Part shown: one piece after another, positions 1-13,590 of the stretch
How the letters are laid out: every line of letters starts with the position of its first letter
Numbering within the stretch: the first letter of the stretch is position 1
DNA from: Blepharisma stoltei ATCC 30299
Taxonomy: Eukaryota > Protista > Ciliophora
Direction of reading: 5' to 3'
Length of the DNA stretch: 64,000 bases
NCBI GenBank assembly: GCA_965603825.1
Contig: CBFDEM010000058.1
Coordinates: 1-64,000, forward strand
Notes under the pieces: model-generated
Databases searched by the model: none
Seen by the model: the letters and a program-made list of their open reading frames with translations, nothing else
What the model was told of the DNA's origin: nothing
Program-made: the position numbers and the translations under genes

Positions 1-3000
1 AACACCCTAACACCCTAACACCCTAACACCCTAACACCCTAACACCCTAACACCCTAACACCCTAACACCCCTAACACCCTACACCCAACACCCTAACAC
101 CCTAACACACCCTAACACCCTAACACCCTAACACCCTAACACCCTAACACCCTAACACCCTAACACCCTAACACCCTAACCCCCTAACACCCTAACACCC
201 TAACCACCCTACACCCTAACACCCTAACACCCTAACACCCTAACACCCTAACCACCCTAACACCCTAACACCCTAACACCCTAACACCCTAACACCCTAA
301 CACCCTAACACCCTAACACCCCTAACACCCTAACACCCTAACACCCTAACACCCTAACACCCTAACACCCTAACACCCTAACACCCTAACACCCTAACAC
401 CCTAACACCCTAACACCCTAACACCCTAACACCCTAACACCCTAACACCCTAACACCCTAACACCCTAACACCCTAACACCCTAACACCCTAACACCCTA
501 ACACCCTAACACCCTAACACCCTAACCAACCCTAACACCCTAACACCCTAACACCCTAACACCCTAACACCCTAACACCCTAACACCCTAACACCCTAAC
601 ACCCTAACACCCTAACACCCTAACACCCTAACACCCTAAACACCCTAACACCCTAACACCCTAACACCCTAACACCCTAACACCCTAACACCCTAACACC
701 CTAACACCCTAACACCCTAACACCCTAACACCCTAACACCCTAACACCCTAACACCCTAACACCCTAACACCCTAACACCCTAACACCCTAACACCCTAA
801 CACCCTAACACCCTAACACCCTAACACCCTAACACCCTAACACCCTAACACCCTAACACCCTACCCCTAACACCCTAACACCCTAACACCCTAACACCCT
901 AACACCCTAACACCCTAACACCCTAACACCCTAACACCCTAACACCCTAACACCCTAACACCCTAACACCCTAACACCCTAACACCCTAACACCCTAACA
1001 CCCTAACACCCTAACACCCTAACACCCTAACACCCTAACACCCTAACACCCTAACACCCTAACACCCTAACACCCTAACACCCTAACACCCTACACACCC
1101 TAACCCCTAACACCCTAACACCCTAACACCCTAACACCCTAACACCCTAACACCCTAACACCCTAACACCCTAACACCCTAACACCCTAACACCCTAACA
1201 CCCTAACACCCTAACACCCTAACACCCTAACACCCTAACACCCTAACACCCTAACACCCTAACACCCTAACACCCTAACACCCTAACACCCTAACACCCT
1301 AACACCCTAACACCCTAACACCCTACCCCTAACACCCTAACACCCTAACACCCTAACACCCTAACACCCTAACACCCTAACACCCTAACACCCTAACACC
1401 CTAACACCCTAACACCCTAACACCCTAACACCCTAACACCCTAACACCCCTAACACCCTAACACCCTAACACCCTAACACCCTAACACCCTAACACCCTA
1501 ACACCCTAACACCCTAACACCCTAACACCCTAACACCCTAACACCCTAACACCCTAACACCCTAACACCCTAACACCCTAACACCCTAACACCCTAACAC
1601 CCTAACACCCTAACACCCTAACACCCTAACACCCTAACACCCTAACACCCTAACACCCTAACACCCTAACACCCTAACACCCTAACACCCTAACACCCTA
1701 ACACCCTAACACCCTAACACCCTAACACCCTAACACCCTAACACCCTAACACCCTAACACCCTAACACCCTAACACCCTAACACCCTAACACCCTAACAC
1801 CCTAACACCCTAACACCCTAACACCCTAACACCCTAACACCCTAACACCCTAACACCCTAACACCCTAACACCCTAACACCCCCCTAACACCCTAACACC
1901 CTAACACCCTAACACCCTAACACCCTAACACCCTAACACCCTAACACCCTAACACCCTAACACCCTAACACCCTAACACCCTAACACCCTAACACCCTAA
2001 CACCCTAACACCCTAACACCCTAACACCCTAACACCCTAACACCCTAACACCCTAACACCCTAACACCCTAACACCCTAACACCCTAACACCCTAACACC
2101 CTAACACCCTAACACCCTAACACCCTAACACCCTAACACCCTAACACCCTAACACCCTAACACCCTAACACCCTAACACCCTAACACCCTAACACCCTAA
2201 CACCCTAACACCCTAACACCCTAACACCCTAACACCCTAACACCCTAACACCCTAACACCCTAACACCCTAACACCCTAACACCCTAACACCCTAACACC
2301 CTAACACCCTAACACCCTAACACCCTAACACCCTAACACCCTAACACCCTAACACCCTAACACCCTAACACCCTAACACCCTAACACCCTAACACCCTAA
2401 CACCCTAACACCCTAACACCCTAACACCCTAACACCCTAACACCCTAACACCCTAACACCCTAACACCCTAACACCCTAACACCCTAACACCCTAACACC
2501 CTAACACCCTAACACCCTAACACCCTAACACCCTAACACCCTAACACCCTAACACCCTAACACCCTAACACCCTAACACCCTAACACCCTAACACCCTAA
2601 CACCCTAACACCCTAACACCCTAACACCCTAACACCCTAACACCCTAACACCCTAACACCCTAACACCCTAACACCCTAACACCCTAACACCCTAACACC
2701 CTAACACCCTAACACCCTAACACCCTAACACCCTAACACCCTAACACCCTAACACCCTAACACCCTAACACCCTAACACCCTAACACCCTAACACCCTAA
2801 CACCCTAACACCCTAACACCCTAACACCCTAACACCCTAACACCCTAACACCCTAACACCCTAACACCCTAACACCCTAACACCCTAACACCCTAACACC
2901 CTAACACCCTAACACCCTAACACCCTAACACCCTAACACCCTAACACCCTAACACCCTAACACCCTAACACCCTAACACCCTAACACCCTAACACCCTAA

Positions 3001-3663
3001 CACCCTAACACCCTAACACCCTAACACCCTAACACCCTAACACCCTAACACCCTAACACCCTAACACCCTAACACCCTAACACCCTAACACCCTAACACC
3101 CTAACACCCTAACACCCTAACACCCTAACACCCTAACACCCTAACACCCTAACACCCTAACACCCTAACACCCTAACACCCTAACACCCTAACACCCTAA
3201 CACCCTAACACCCTAACACCCTAACACCCTAACACCCTAACACCCTAACACCCTAACACCCTAACACCCTAACACCCTAACACCCTAACACCCTAACACC
3301 CTAACACCCTAACACCCTAACACCCTAACACCCTAACACCCTAACACCCTAACACCCTAACACCCTAACACCCTAACACCCTAACACCCTAACACCCTAA
3401 CACCCTAACACCCTAACACCCTAACACCCTAACACCCTAACACCCTAACACCCTAACACCCTAACACCCTAACACCCTAACACCCTAACACCCTAACACC
3501 CTAACACCCTAACACCCTAACACCCTAACACCCTAACACCCTAACACCCTAACACCCTAACACCCTAACACCCTAACACCCTAACACCCTAACACCCTAA
3601 CACCCTAACACCCTAACACCCTAACACCCTAACACCCTAACACCCTAACACCCTAACACCCTA
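1..3663 (+). repeat. Telomere, (CCCTAACA)n C-strand, heterotrich ciliate type
   Basis: Uninterrupted 8-bp tandem repeat from the window start to 3663. Occasional variant units occur only in about 1-1890. CCCTAACA is the repeat known from Stentor and Blepharisma. Confidence 0.99.
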
Positions 3664-4226
3664 TACTTATTTGTCACAAAGTAATAACTTTTTTAACCTC
3701 GCCCTCTTCCGCCCCTCAGCATACAACTGCAGAGCAAAGCAATCAGTGAAGTGGGACTTGAAATATCTTCCAAATTAATCTAATCTGAAGTCCTCTTATA
3801 CATATTTAGATATTTAAAATATAAAACAGCGAAAAATTGAAATTATACGGAATAAAAGAACTAGTAGAACTTTCTCTTTCAAGCATTGTAAAATTTTGAT
3901 TTGAAAATAGCCATAATATAACTGTTAATTGTATTAGCCATTTAGCAGAGAAATACTATCCATTTAAAAATCTTTGGATAATGATTGCAGTTAAAGCCAA
4001 AAAATGACTTAAGAAGCAAGAACTACAAGAAAAATTGCTAAAAACCTGAAATAATTATTGAAGCACCATTCCAAATTTAGAATTAATTAAAATTATTGTT
4101 TTTATGCCAATGTGCTATAGGGCCTTTGCTTTTTATATAGATTAAATTTTTACTGCAGAAATTTATTGCCAGCTTGCATATATTATTATATAAAAATATT
4201 TATTAAAAACAATAACTTTCAATAAT

Positions 4227-5348
4227 CTATAAATATTCAATTTTAGAAAATTCTTCTAATTTCCTCTTTTCTATATTAAATGCATAGCAAGTTCTGTAGC
4301 TTTTATTTGTTAGCCACAAAAAAATAGACCCTTTACTAAACTTAACAAAACTGTATTCAAAAAAAGGAAGAAGAAGGTATCCATAATGGGCCCAAGTATT
4401 CTTTGCCCAATCAATACATCCAGAAAGGGACCAATGAACATTATAGTCAATCATATACAGATTTGAATCAGCATACACCAAGGTTTTCTTTATTTGTCTT
4501 CCTACTCCTGCGATATCTATCCCTGAGTAGCTATCAATATTCAAATCATATTTATATAGTTTGGTATGATTTAACCCACATATAAATATAGAGTCTTTAA
4601 AAAGCGCATAAGAGCAGCTGTCAGAGGGAGAAATAAGCTTTGGGATTTTAACTCATCTGTTTTGATTTAAATTAAATTTCATTGCTAAATCCATATCGGC
4701 ACCTGAACTGTTTCCACCAAATAGAAAAACTGAATTATTATAATAGACTCCTCCTTTCATTCAGTATCCAGGCCCTGTTGGCAAGGTTTTTATTATTTTG
4801 TAATTTTTGGCATCTATGATAAACGGATATGACTTGAAGAGGCCTGGTTTATAGCAAAATAATTGAGAATTCGGGAGTTCAATTGTCTAGGTCGAAAAGT
4901 CCAGACATTCTTTTATCTTAAAATTAACATGCTTTGCATTCCGGCTACTTATATCATAAATACAAAGTTTTGTATTCTTTCGCTTTGATTGAAACGAATA
5001 GAGAAAGTTGAGATCAGAATTTAATTGCTCAATGAATGCCTCTATATCGCTGCTCACTTTTCTGCATTTTTAGTTATATCTATTATAGTCTTGGCGAATT
5101 TCATTATGAGTTTCATATAAATGTATCATCTCTTTATCATTTTCTGCTAAAGAGCAAGCATTAATTAATTTTGTTTTTAAGTCATCATATAATTTTTCAG
5201 GGTCTTCAAGCCCATGAAAAGTTTTAAAGTATTGCTCGTAATCTTGCTTTAAGCTCTTCAGTTCTTCTTCAACAGATTTTATTTCTATAATTTTTCTATG
5301 TAATTCTTCAATCAAATCATCACTTCGTGCTCTCTTAATCGGCTCCAT
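4227..5348 (-). pseudogene. Coiled-coil + Kelch-like beta-propeller gene with two premature stops
   Basis: One 374-codon frame joins track ORFs 5070-5348 and 4227-4544 (TGA=W). It is interrupted by in-frame TAA (5070-5072) and TAG (4887-4889). Motifs IELPNSQLFCY, GGVYYNNSVFLFGG and KFNLNQNRW are Kelch-like. Paralogous to 6301-7131. Confidence 0.75.
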
Positions 5349-6300
5349 ATATTGATTATATAGCCAGCAAACGCTTTTAGGTCCTTAAAGTGGGTTAAAA
5401 GCAAATAGGACGAATTTAATCTTATCTCAAAAATTCACATAATCATACAAGGAGATTTTGAGTGATGCGAACTCTACAGTTAGATCTATATGCTAATACA
5501 CATATATTCATATGACGAGAATCAGCTTATCATGTTGGATTCTGGGACTAATTTAGAAATAATTATCAAGCTCAATATTGTGCTCGATTCTATAAATTCA
5601 CTTGCATTATTCTGATTAGCAATTATGAAATATTTTGCAGGAGCTAATTGTCAGGCTTCCATAATAAATATTTAAATAAAGAGCTTCAGCAATGTCCCCT
5701 CTGCAAGAGTATATCAAAATACAGTAGAAATTTGCTACGAAAATCAAATACTTGAAAGAAATAATTAATCAGTTGTATGACTACGATGTTGTATCTGATC
5801 TTATTTGTTACTGCTTAAAATAACAACAGATTTAAAATTTTTAGCCAGCTCAGGCTTATGTGGTTGAAGATTACAGTCATATATATAAAAATAAATAAAC
5901 AGAGCATACTGTTGGAAAAGATCCAAATATAAAGTGCATTTTCAGATACTAACTACCTAGCAACTATAATATGTCTTATTTCATTATGTAAGTTGGTATA
6001 GAAACAGAAAATATTAGAATGACTGGAGAAATCATTAAATTGCTTATAGACAAGATCTCAAATGAATCAAATTAATAAACTTAACAAATAATAAATTCAA
6101 TAACATTAATTTAAGATGATGGGATTCTTAACTTTCAATCATTTCTGCTCATAGTGAGATATAGTAAATTTGATAGTGAATATTAATCATAACATCTGAA
6201 AATATCCTTCATTTCGAAGAGATAAATAGCAATGCAAAGAATGGGCACGAGCTGATAATATTAGCTCCCATATTATTCCAACTCAGCGATATATTAATTT

Positions 6301-7131
6301 ATGGAAGGAAATTTATTGAGTGGAGAGCATCTCTATAACATTAAAAGACAAAGTGGGAAAACCCAGATATGAAGGTACGATATAAAGACTTTTGAGATTA
6401 AGCGATGATATCTTTGAACTCGTGAACCGCTTAGCAGAACAACATGCATAATTGAGCTTCCAAACGGTGAACTTTTTTGTTATGGCAACGATGACCCTCG
6501 AACAGGAATTTCATACATTATTGATCTAAAAACAATGACAGTAAAAAGAAGAGTTTTTGATGGAGTTCCTTGCTGCAATGCAGGAGGCCTTTACTTCCAG
6601 AATTCAGTTTTCTTCCTGAGATCTATTTATGGGAAACACCCATGTACACGCATGGATAAGTATGATATAATTGAAGATAGATGGAAATGTTGTTTTGCTT
6701 TCTACAATGCAATGCTTAATTTGTGCTCCTGTACCGTCTTCAAAAACTCTATCTTATTTTGTGCATTAAATTGAAAAATCATCTATCAATTTGACATAAA
6801 TATTAATAGCTGCTCCGAAATATTGTTTATCGATGATTCAGTTAACCAATTTAAAATTTTATTTGCTGGAAATTCAAGAGCTTATATAGCTGTAAAACAA
6901 ACTGGTATTTTTGAGAGCGATTTGGAGAATCAATTTGCATGGCAAAACGTAGGGAAATTTAATTGCGATTTTCATATGAATTATTGCCTATTTAAAAAAT
7001 TATTAGGGGACTTTTACTTTCTGAGTTTTTTCGATTATTTGGGATTTAGTTGCTATAGGTTTGATTTGAAGACAAAAAAAATGAACAAGCTTAAGCTAAA
7101 ATATGTTTCATCAAAAAGTATTATTAACTAA
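6301..7131 (+). CDS. Kelch-like beta-propeller protein (276 aa)
   Basis: ATG 6301 to TAA 7131 is open when TGA=W and joins track ORFs 6535 and 6823. Motifs IIELPNGELFCYG, GGLYFQNSVF and KYDIIEDRW. Confidence 0.8.
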
Positions 7132-7246
7132 TAATCTCTTTGCTTAAATGTTTAGAGAACATATAAATAAGACTATTATTATTTATTATGTTTAAGCTAT
7201 TAATAAAGCAACTTACTTTTCATTTTTTATACTTCCATTACTTACT

Positions 7247-9145
7247 ATGGAGCACATACCTTTGCCAGTTCTTTCATTTATTTTATCAATTGTTGGGTCT
7301 TGGAATCACATTGTAGCACTCGCAGTGGTATGCAAGAGATGAAAGAAGGCCATTGAAAATGCAGAGCATTACATAACCTTTCAAGGATCAAGGAATCCAA
7401 AACTGATTCCTGGCAATGCACAAATTTCAGATTGCTTACTTCGATTTGCAAAAGGCTGAAAGATTGCTTCTTTAGACTTGAAAAATACCCAAATCTCCGA
7501 ATTCATTTTAGCCGAGCTCATCATTTTGCAGCCTTGACTAATCAAAATTGACATTTCAAACACCACTTCAGTCAAATTTGAGGATCTTTTGAATTACATA
7601 GCAGAAAAGCTAGAAGCCCATGGACTGCCAAGCAACTCGAGCTTTAATTTAAAAGAAATTCGTCTTCCTATGCACGAAATCTCATCATGACCTACTGAAA
7701 ATTTTCTAAAACTCATTAATTTTTTCCCAAATTTGGTTAAATTTTATGCTGGACAACTGCAGGTGTCATATGAGGACTTCAAACTTATAGTAGATAAGCT
7801 GGAAAAGCTTGAAATTTTATTCTGCTCAATCCCGAAAAACGCAATTGACGAGTTTTATCAAACAACGGAAATCCAATGATCCAATATGCTAAAAAAGTCT
7901 GCACTAAAGATTCTATTCCTGGGATCTGCTAAGCTTTTAACTCAAAATCTGAAAATTCCAAAAATTACAGTTATATCAGATGATATTTTCAGCATTTTAC
8001 AAAGCTTGAAATCCAAAGATGACTTAATAAACCTGGAAACCTGGCTAAATCTTGGAGGAGATGTGAATTATTATGCCCAAAACGCAGATGAGGAACCCAT
8101 CATAGTCTTTTTTCCGTGGAAGTCTGATGAAGATTTAATGGTTGAAGCTTATAGACTAATGATAATGCATGGACTTGACTTATCAAAGCATGACACTTAT
8201 TCTGTGACATCAACATATTTAAATGCGGCCATAGAAAATAATTATAAAGAACTCGCAAAGCTTTTTATTCACTGCGGAGTTGATGCATGACCCATAAACC
8301 GATATAACTCAATTGAGTTGCCAGCCATGGCTTTTGCAGCAGCAAAAGGAGACCCTTCATGGATTCAACTATTAATTGATGAAAAGATCCCTATAAATTG
8401 TGGACCTCGGTATTGTAGCCCTCTATGCCTGGCAGTTAAATGGCGCAACGCTGTGACTTTTAAATTCCTCTGTAATAATTTTGAACAGGATTTCCGTTGC
8501 CCAATCCACAAAAATTTAATGCTTAATAATGTAGTGTTTCTTAAAGAAGCACTAAAAGAAAGGAATTTTCACATTCCCAGTGTTATTTTATATGAGGTTG
8601 CTCAGTATTCTATTGAGTTTGATAAATACGATGATTCTTTGCTCTTTATTACCATTTTAGCAGAAAAAGGAGTGGCTAGCCAAGAACAAGAAATTTTAAA
8701 TGAAATATGAAGCCAGCCCAATCAGTGATTTGGAGATGCAGCATCAAAACCATTAATGTATTTAGCAGCAAAGAAAAAAGCTAAAATCATATTGGAAAAA
8801 CTAATTGAGTTAAAATTTGATATAAATATTCGTGATGAATTTGGAAGAACTTGCGTAAGTGCTGCAACAATATATGGCTATTTTGATGTTATTAGCTATT
8901 TGCTTGAAAATGGTGCAAATATTAATCTTTGTGATAATTCTGGGAATTCGCCTCTTCATTATGCAGCAAAAAATAAGTATATCGAGATTTTTCAGTTTCT
9001 TATCCAGCATAATGCAGATTTGGGTAAGCATAATAATGATGGAAAAACCCCTTTGATGCTTGCTAAAATTCAAAAGGAAAATGAAATTGTTCAGATTTTT
9101 GAAAAAAATAAAAATTCTGATGAATCAAAATGCATCATATTCTAG
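7247..9145 (+). CDS. F-box / LRR-like / ankyrin-repeat protein with C-terminal CaaX (632 aa)
   Basis: Continuous frame from ATG 7247 with TGA=W. N-terminus MEHIPLPVLSFILSIV...LAVVCKRWKKAI is F-box-like. Ankyrin repeats include GRTCVSAA, GNSPLHYAA and GKTPLMLA. Ends CIIF*. Confidence 0.85.
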
Positions 9146-9248
9146 AATAGGAATTATGATTAATTAATAACTGTCAATTTATTGATAATAAAAAGTATAC
9201 TCTCTAATTAATTTTAAAAACTAACAATGATATAAGTCATTGACATTT

Positions 9249-12200
9249 TTAGATCGATACTTCTAAAGATTGCATACTTGATTTCAAAATTTCCTCATCT
9301 AGCGCACTGCTATCTATTGGATTAGATTTGTATTTATTTTCAACATTATTACCTTGAATTATGTCCCGAACATATTCATAATTCACTTTTTTAGAAATTC
9401 CTGCTTGCTCAGGACTAATTGAAAACAATTGAAATCTGAATAATTTATGAATATCTTGACCTTTTAAAGACTCTAAAAGTGAAGGAAGATACAATTTTTG
9501 ATAAATTGCTCCCGCTATTGCAAGCATCAGTCATCCTGCCAAAACTATGGCTAATGCTGCATTTTTATTGAGTTTTGCTAATGCACAGCAAATCCAGACT
9601 AAAAGACTGCATGCTAAAAATATTATATATCATAATGAAGCTCTGTCATAAGTAAAAGGCTGCTGGAATATCGAAATAGTTAGATAAAACAACAATAGCC
9701 CGATGCCAAGACCTAAGAAAATATTTTCAGATGCTGGCCGAACAATTGTGTATAATACAATCAGCGTCATTTGGACAAAGCTCTTTACTGCATAATGAAA
9801 CTTCTGTTCTTTGAAATGAAATGAAAGATTGTTTTTTCATGTGAACCTATAATATAAACTTGCAGGAGTATATAGACAAATTGCTATCAAAGAAATTATA
9901 GCATAATAGGTATGCTCTCCTTGCCAGCAAAATGTAGAACAATACTCATCATGAAAACTATCTTTAAAATTATCGCCTATTGAACTTGTGCATTGAAATG
10001 TTTGAAATAAATACAAGCTAATAGGTAAAAACAGAATATCTCCAACTATAGGTAAAAATCACAAATTTAGCTCATTTAGAATTTGGAATGTATTAGCAGT
10101 AATGAATCTTTTTGAGATAAAAAGAACGCATCATCCAAGTGAGAGACTATCAAATAATTGTACCTGGTTCCAAAAAGTAAAAAATCCTTTTTTGAACCAT
10201 CCTGAAATATTGAGGGTTGACAATTTAGTTACATTGGATCATTGAGGGAAAAAGACTGTAAAATCTGGTCCTATTTGCATATATTGGAGGCTTTCAATAG
10301 CCATAATTAAATACGAAACAAGATCCAAAAGATTTTCTTTCTCTACCGAAAGAAGCTTTGGAAACTTTTCAATAAAAACAAAATGATAAAATTTGGTAAG
10401 AAACCCAATTCCGATAATAAATGGGACAATTTCTACAATTATCAAAATGATATAGCCATACTCAAATGACTTAACTTGGATGCTCCTAAATGGGCACTCT
10501 TGATCATCTCCAATAATATCGCTAGGAATTTGACCACTTGCTGTTCATGAAAGTTCTTCTTTAATTTGCAGCACAATCAGCTGGCTTGGATCATAAAGGC
10601 CGCAAAGGTTCATTGATCATGTAGAATTTGTATATATTAAGTTATAAATGCCCAAATTTATTGTAAGTTTATCGTTTCCGTCTTGACTGACACGAATCAC
10701 TCCAGAGCAGCCTGCAAATTTGACTTCCCTAACTATTTTTTGTATATTATAGCTATCCAAATTAATTCCTCTATCAATTAGAGCAGAAAGGGTTTGGATT
10801 CCAAGATATGTAGCATCATAAAATAAGCACATATAGTCATGAATATGACCATATTCAGATAAAAAATTATTTTTTACGTCAGCTCCAACTTGGCTTTCAA
10901 ACGCTAAGAAACTGATATAAAGCAACCCATTCATAATTTCTTTTCTTTTATTATAAGAACTAGTTCCGATTTCTTTTTCATCTAAATCTGATATGCTTAC
11001 CATTCCGTCTCCAACTATCAAATAAATGTCGCCTTCTCTCATCCCTAAATCATAAAATGCCTCTATAACATAAAAAATATCGGGCTGCTGGACTTCTAAG
11101 ATGACATATCTGCTTTTACGCTCTATAATTTCTTTAATGCTTTTCTTATCAATTCCATCATATCCAAGTGGAATCACTCTGTTTTTATTGAGAATCTTAA
11201 TTCCATATGATTCTGTTTGATTTTCGAATTGCTCGCTAAAATCTTCCCCTCAAACTGAGTCTGAGTATAATAAAGAGCACTTTGATATTCCAAATACACT
11301 TAAAATTAGAGCAGATGCAGATGCTGTGCGGGAGTTTGGGTACGAAACTCTGGCATACTGCGGGTAGTATTTAGAATTGCTAGTTTGAGTTGAAGTCTCT
11401 ACTCCAATAATTGGCGTCGAAATATTGAGAGCCTGGAAAGCTTCAATAGTTTGTAAGGTCATTGAGGACTCTGTTGGAGGAATATGAAAATAACCCAACT
11501 CATCGGTATGGTTAAGAAAGCAAGTTTTCGAAGAATTTATTTTAAAATCACAATCTGTAATGCTATTGACAGTAATGTCAAAATTTGGCAGCAAATTTTC
11601 TTTTTTCTCAATAGTATCAATTGCAAACATTGCTCCATCTTGATTCATTACATTTCTTCCATCGTATTTAGAATCTTCTTTATTTATACTGATTGGGATT
11701 TTTAGTTTCTCGTTATTTGGAAAATTATATGTTCCTCCTGGGAACATAATAGGCGCATAAATCTTTAGCCCTTTATTATTAAAATACCCAACCGGAGTAA
11801 AATTTCCTGGGCTTTGAATATTCCATATAGTAAATCCTGCTGTCTCAGGCGAAATTTCTCTCGACACAAGGTTATAAATTTCATATGCAGAATAGGAAGC
11901 TTGAATATTAGTATTTTCCATCACCCCATAATAAAGTGCAGTTCCCAATACCACAAGCTGGTAAGTATAAGAATAAAAATCAGTGCTATGGAACCATTTT
12001 TCTTCTAGTAAAATAGACCCTTCCAAGTAAGCACCTCACGCGGCTTCTTCTATGTAGAGAAACGTGTACCCTTCTTTGTCCATGTCAGCTCGGACTATTG
12101 CTTCTTGGATCAACTTTGATATTCTTGTGTTGGTTTTAAAGAATAGCCACTTTACTCCTAAAGGCTTGATCTTTTTAGAAAATAGTCAGTAGACATAATC

Positions 12201-12731
12201 ATAAGTTACCAGCTCAGTTAAAACAAACTGAGCAACAATTTCAACTTCTTCATCAACACTAAAGTCGATTTTGATAAATTCGCTGCTAATAACGGCTATG
12301 GCTTTTTTAACGCTATAGGCTCTTGCGATAGCCAGCGCTGACAGTGCATGAGTGCTTAAAGAATAAAATGAATAATAGACATATGGTAAAGGCTTTTCAG
12401 GGGAATAATCAATGATAAAATGAATGAACCCATAATTTCTTGCATATTCACTTATCAATGTAGACAAGCTGATTGACCAAGTCCCATCATATACGAATAG
12501 ATAATTCGAGTCAGAAGTGAAGATTTGGTCAAAGTCAGAAAAATCATCAATCTCATAAACTGAGTATAAGAAAGGCAAACCTAAGTTGCAGCCAGAAGTG
12601 TAATTTAATGAGCACTCGAGAGTGCTCTTGAAATAATTGACTATTAGTGGGCTTGTATTTTTACTGAACAGTGCTGGTATTGTAGTGAATTGGGATGCAG
12701 CAAGACTTAATTGTAAATAAAATATCAGCAT
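9249..12731 (-). CDS. Receptor-like protein A: signal peptide, two periplasmic-binding/ANF-receptor (Venus flytrap) modules, multi-pass TM domain (1160 aa)
   Basis: Five track ORFs are co-framed and joined by TGA=W. VFT-type motifs: YYPQYARVSYP, LLYSDSVWG, FYDATY, KFAGCSGVIR. The hydrophobic C-terminal region carries CWQGEH and QPF motifs. Confidence 0.85.
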
Positions 12732-13590
12732 AATCTGATATAATTTTAATAGATTTGATTAAACAGAATTAAAAAAAGAATTTAAAAAGAATTAAGAGAT
12801 ATTTAAGACGTTTCTTAATTATTATTCTTGCTATTCTTGATATTTAAAATAATTAAATCAAAGAAATATTCGAACGATATGAAAAAGTCACTTATAAGTG
12901 CTCCTTAAGGGTAAAAGTTACTTATTAAATCAGTGTTTATATAGATATCAAAACGGAAAATAGCAATTAATAAAATTTGTTAGTAAAGATTATAATCAAG
13001 GCATTAAATTAAATTGTGAAAAAAATTTTCAACTTATAAGAAACTTTAATTATTATGGATGATCTTTGCAAACATAGAGCAGCGGGAAATATAATTTTTT
13101 TATTTGTAAGCTTAAGATTATTTCTCGTTTTAAAATTGCTAGCTTTTTATAAGTAAATATATCTATTTATTGAAACTAAAATTTCTGCGCTGATATTATC
13201 GCTTTATTTCTTCATCATAAATAGAAAAGTTATTTCCTGCAGAAAAAATTTTCTCTGTGAATAGATATATGTGATAACTATTGAATTAGATAATAAAGTA
13301 AGATAATGAATATAAATTATTTCAGCTTTTATGCATGCAGGATTTAAAATATTGTTTATCAAAAATAAAGAGAATAATAGAAAAAGCCAGACTATTCAAA
13401 ATTAATACTTTTAGAATAATATAATTTTTAAGCAATAAGATATTTTATCCCCAACTTAATTTGCTAAAGCGAGCAGATTTTTGCATTATTTAGTCATAAA
13501 AATTGTAGCACATAATTTGGTATAAAATAAAAGCTACTTATTTTCTATATAAATAATTTAATTGAATAATTATAATAAGTTTTTTAAACT

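Noticed and set aside
1-3663. Repeat array as CRISPR or satellite
   Set aside because: There are no spacers. It is a terminal 8-mer identical to the known heterotrich telomere repeat in a eukaryotic context.
5570-5710. Possible decayed RING finger (…IFCRS*L…QCPLCK)
   Set aside because: Too few ligands are retained, there is an in-frame stop and no clear start, so it cannot be supported.
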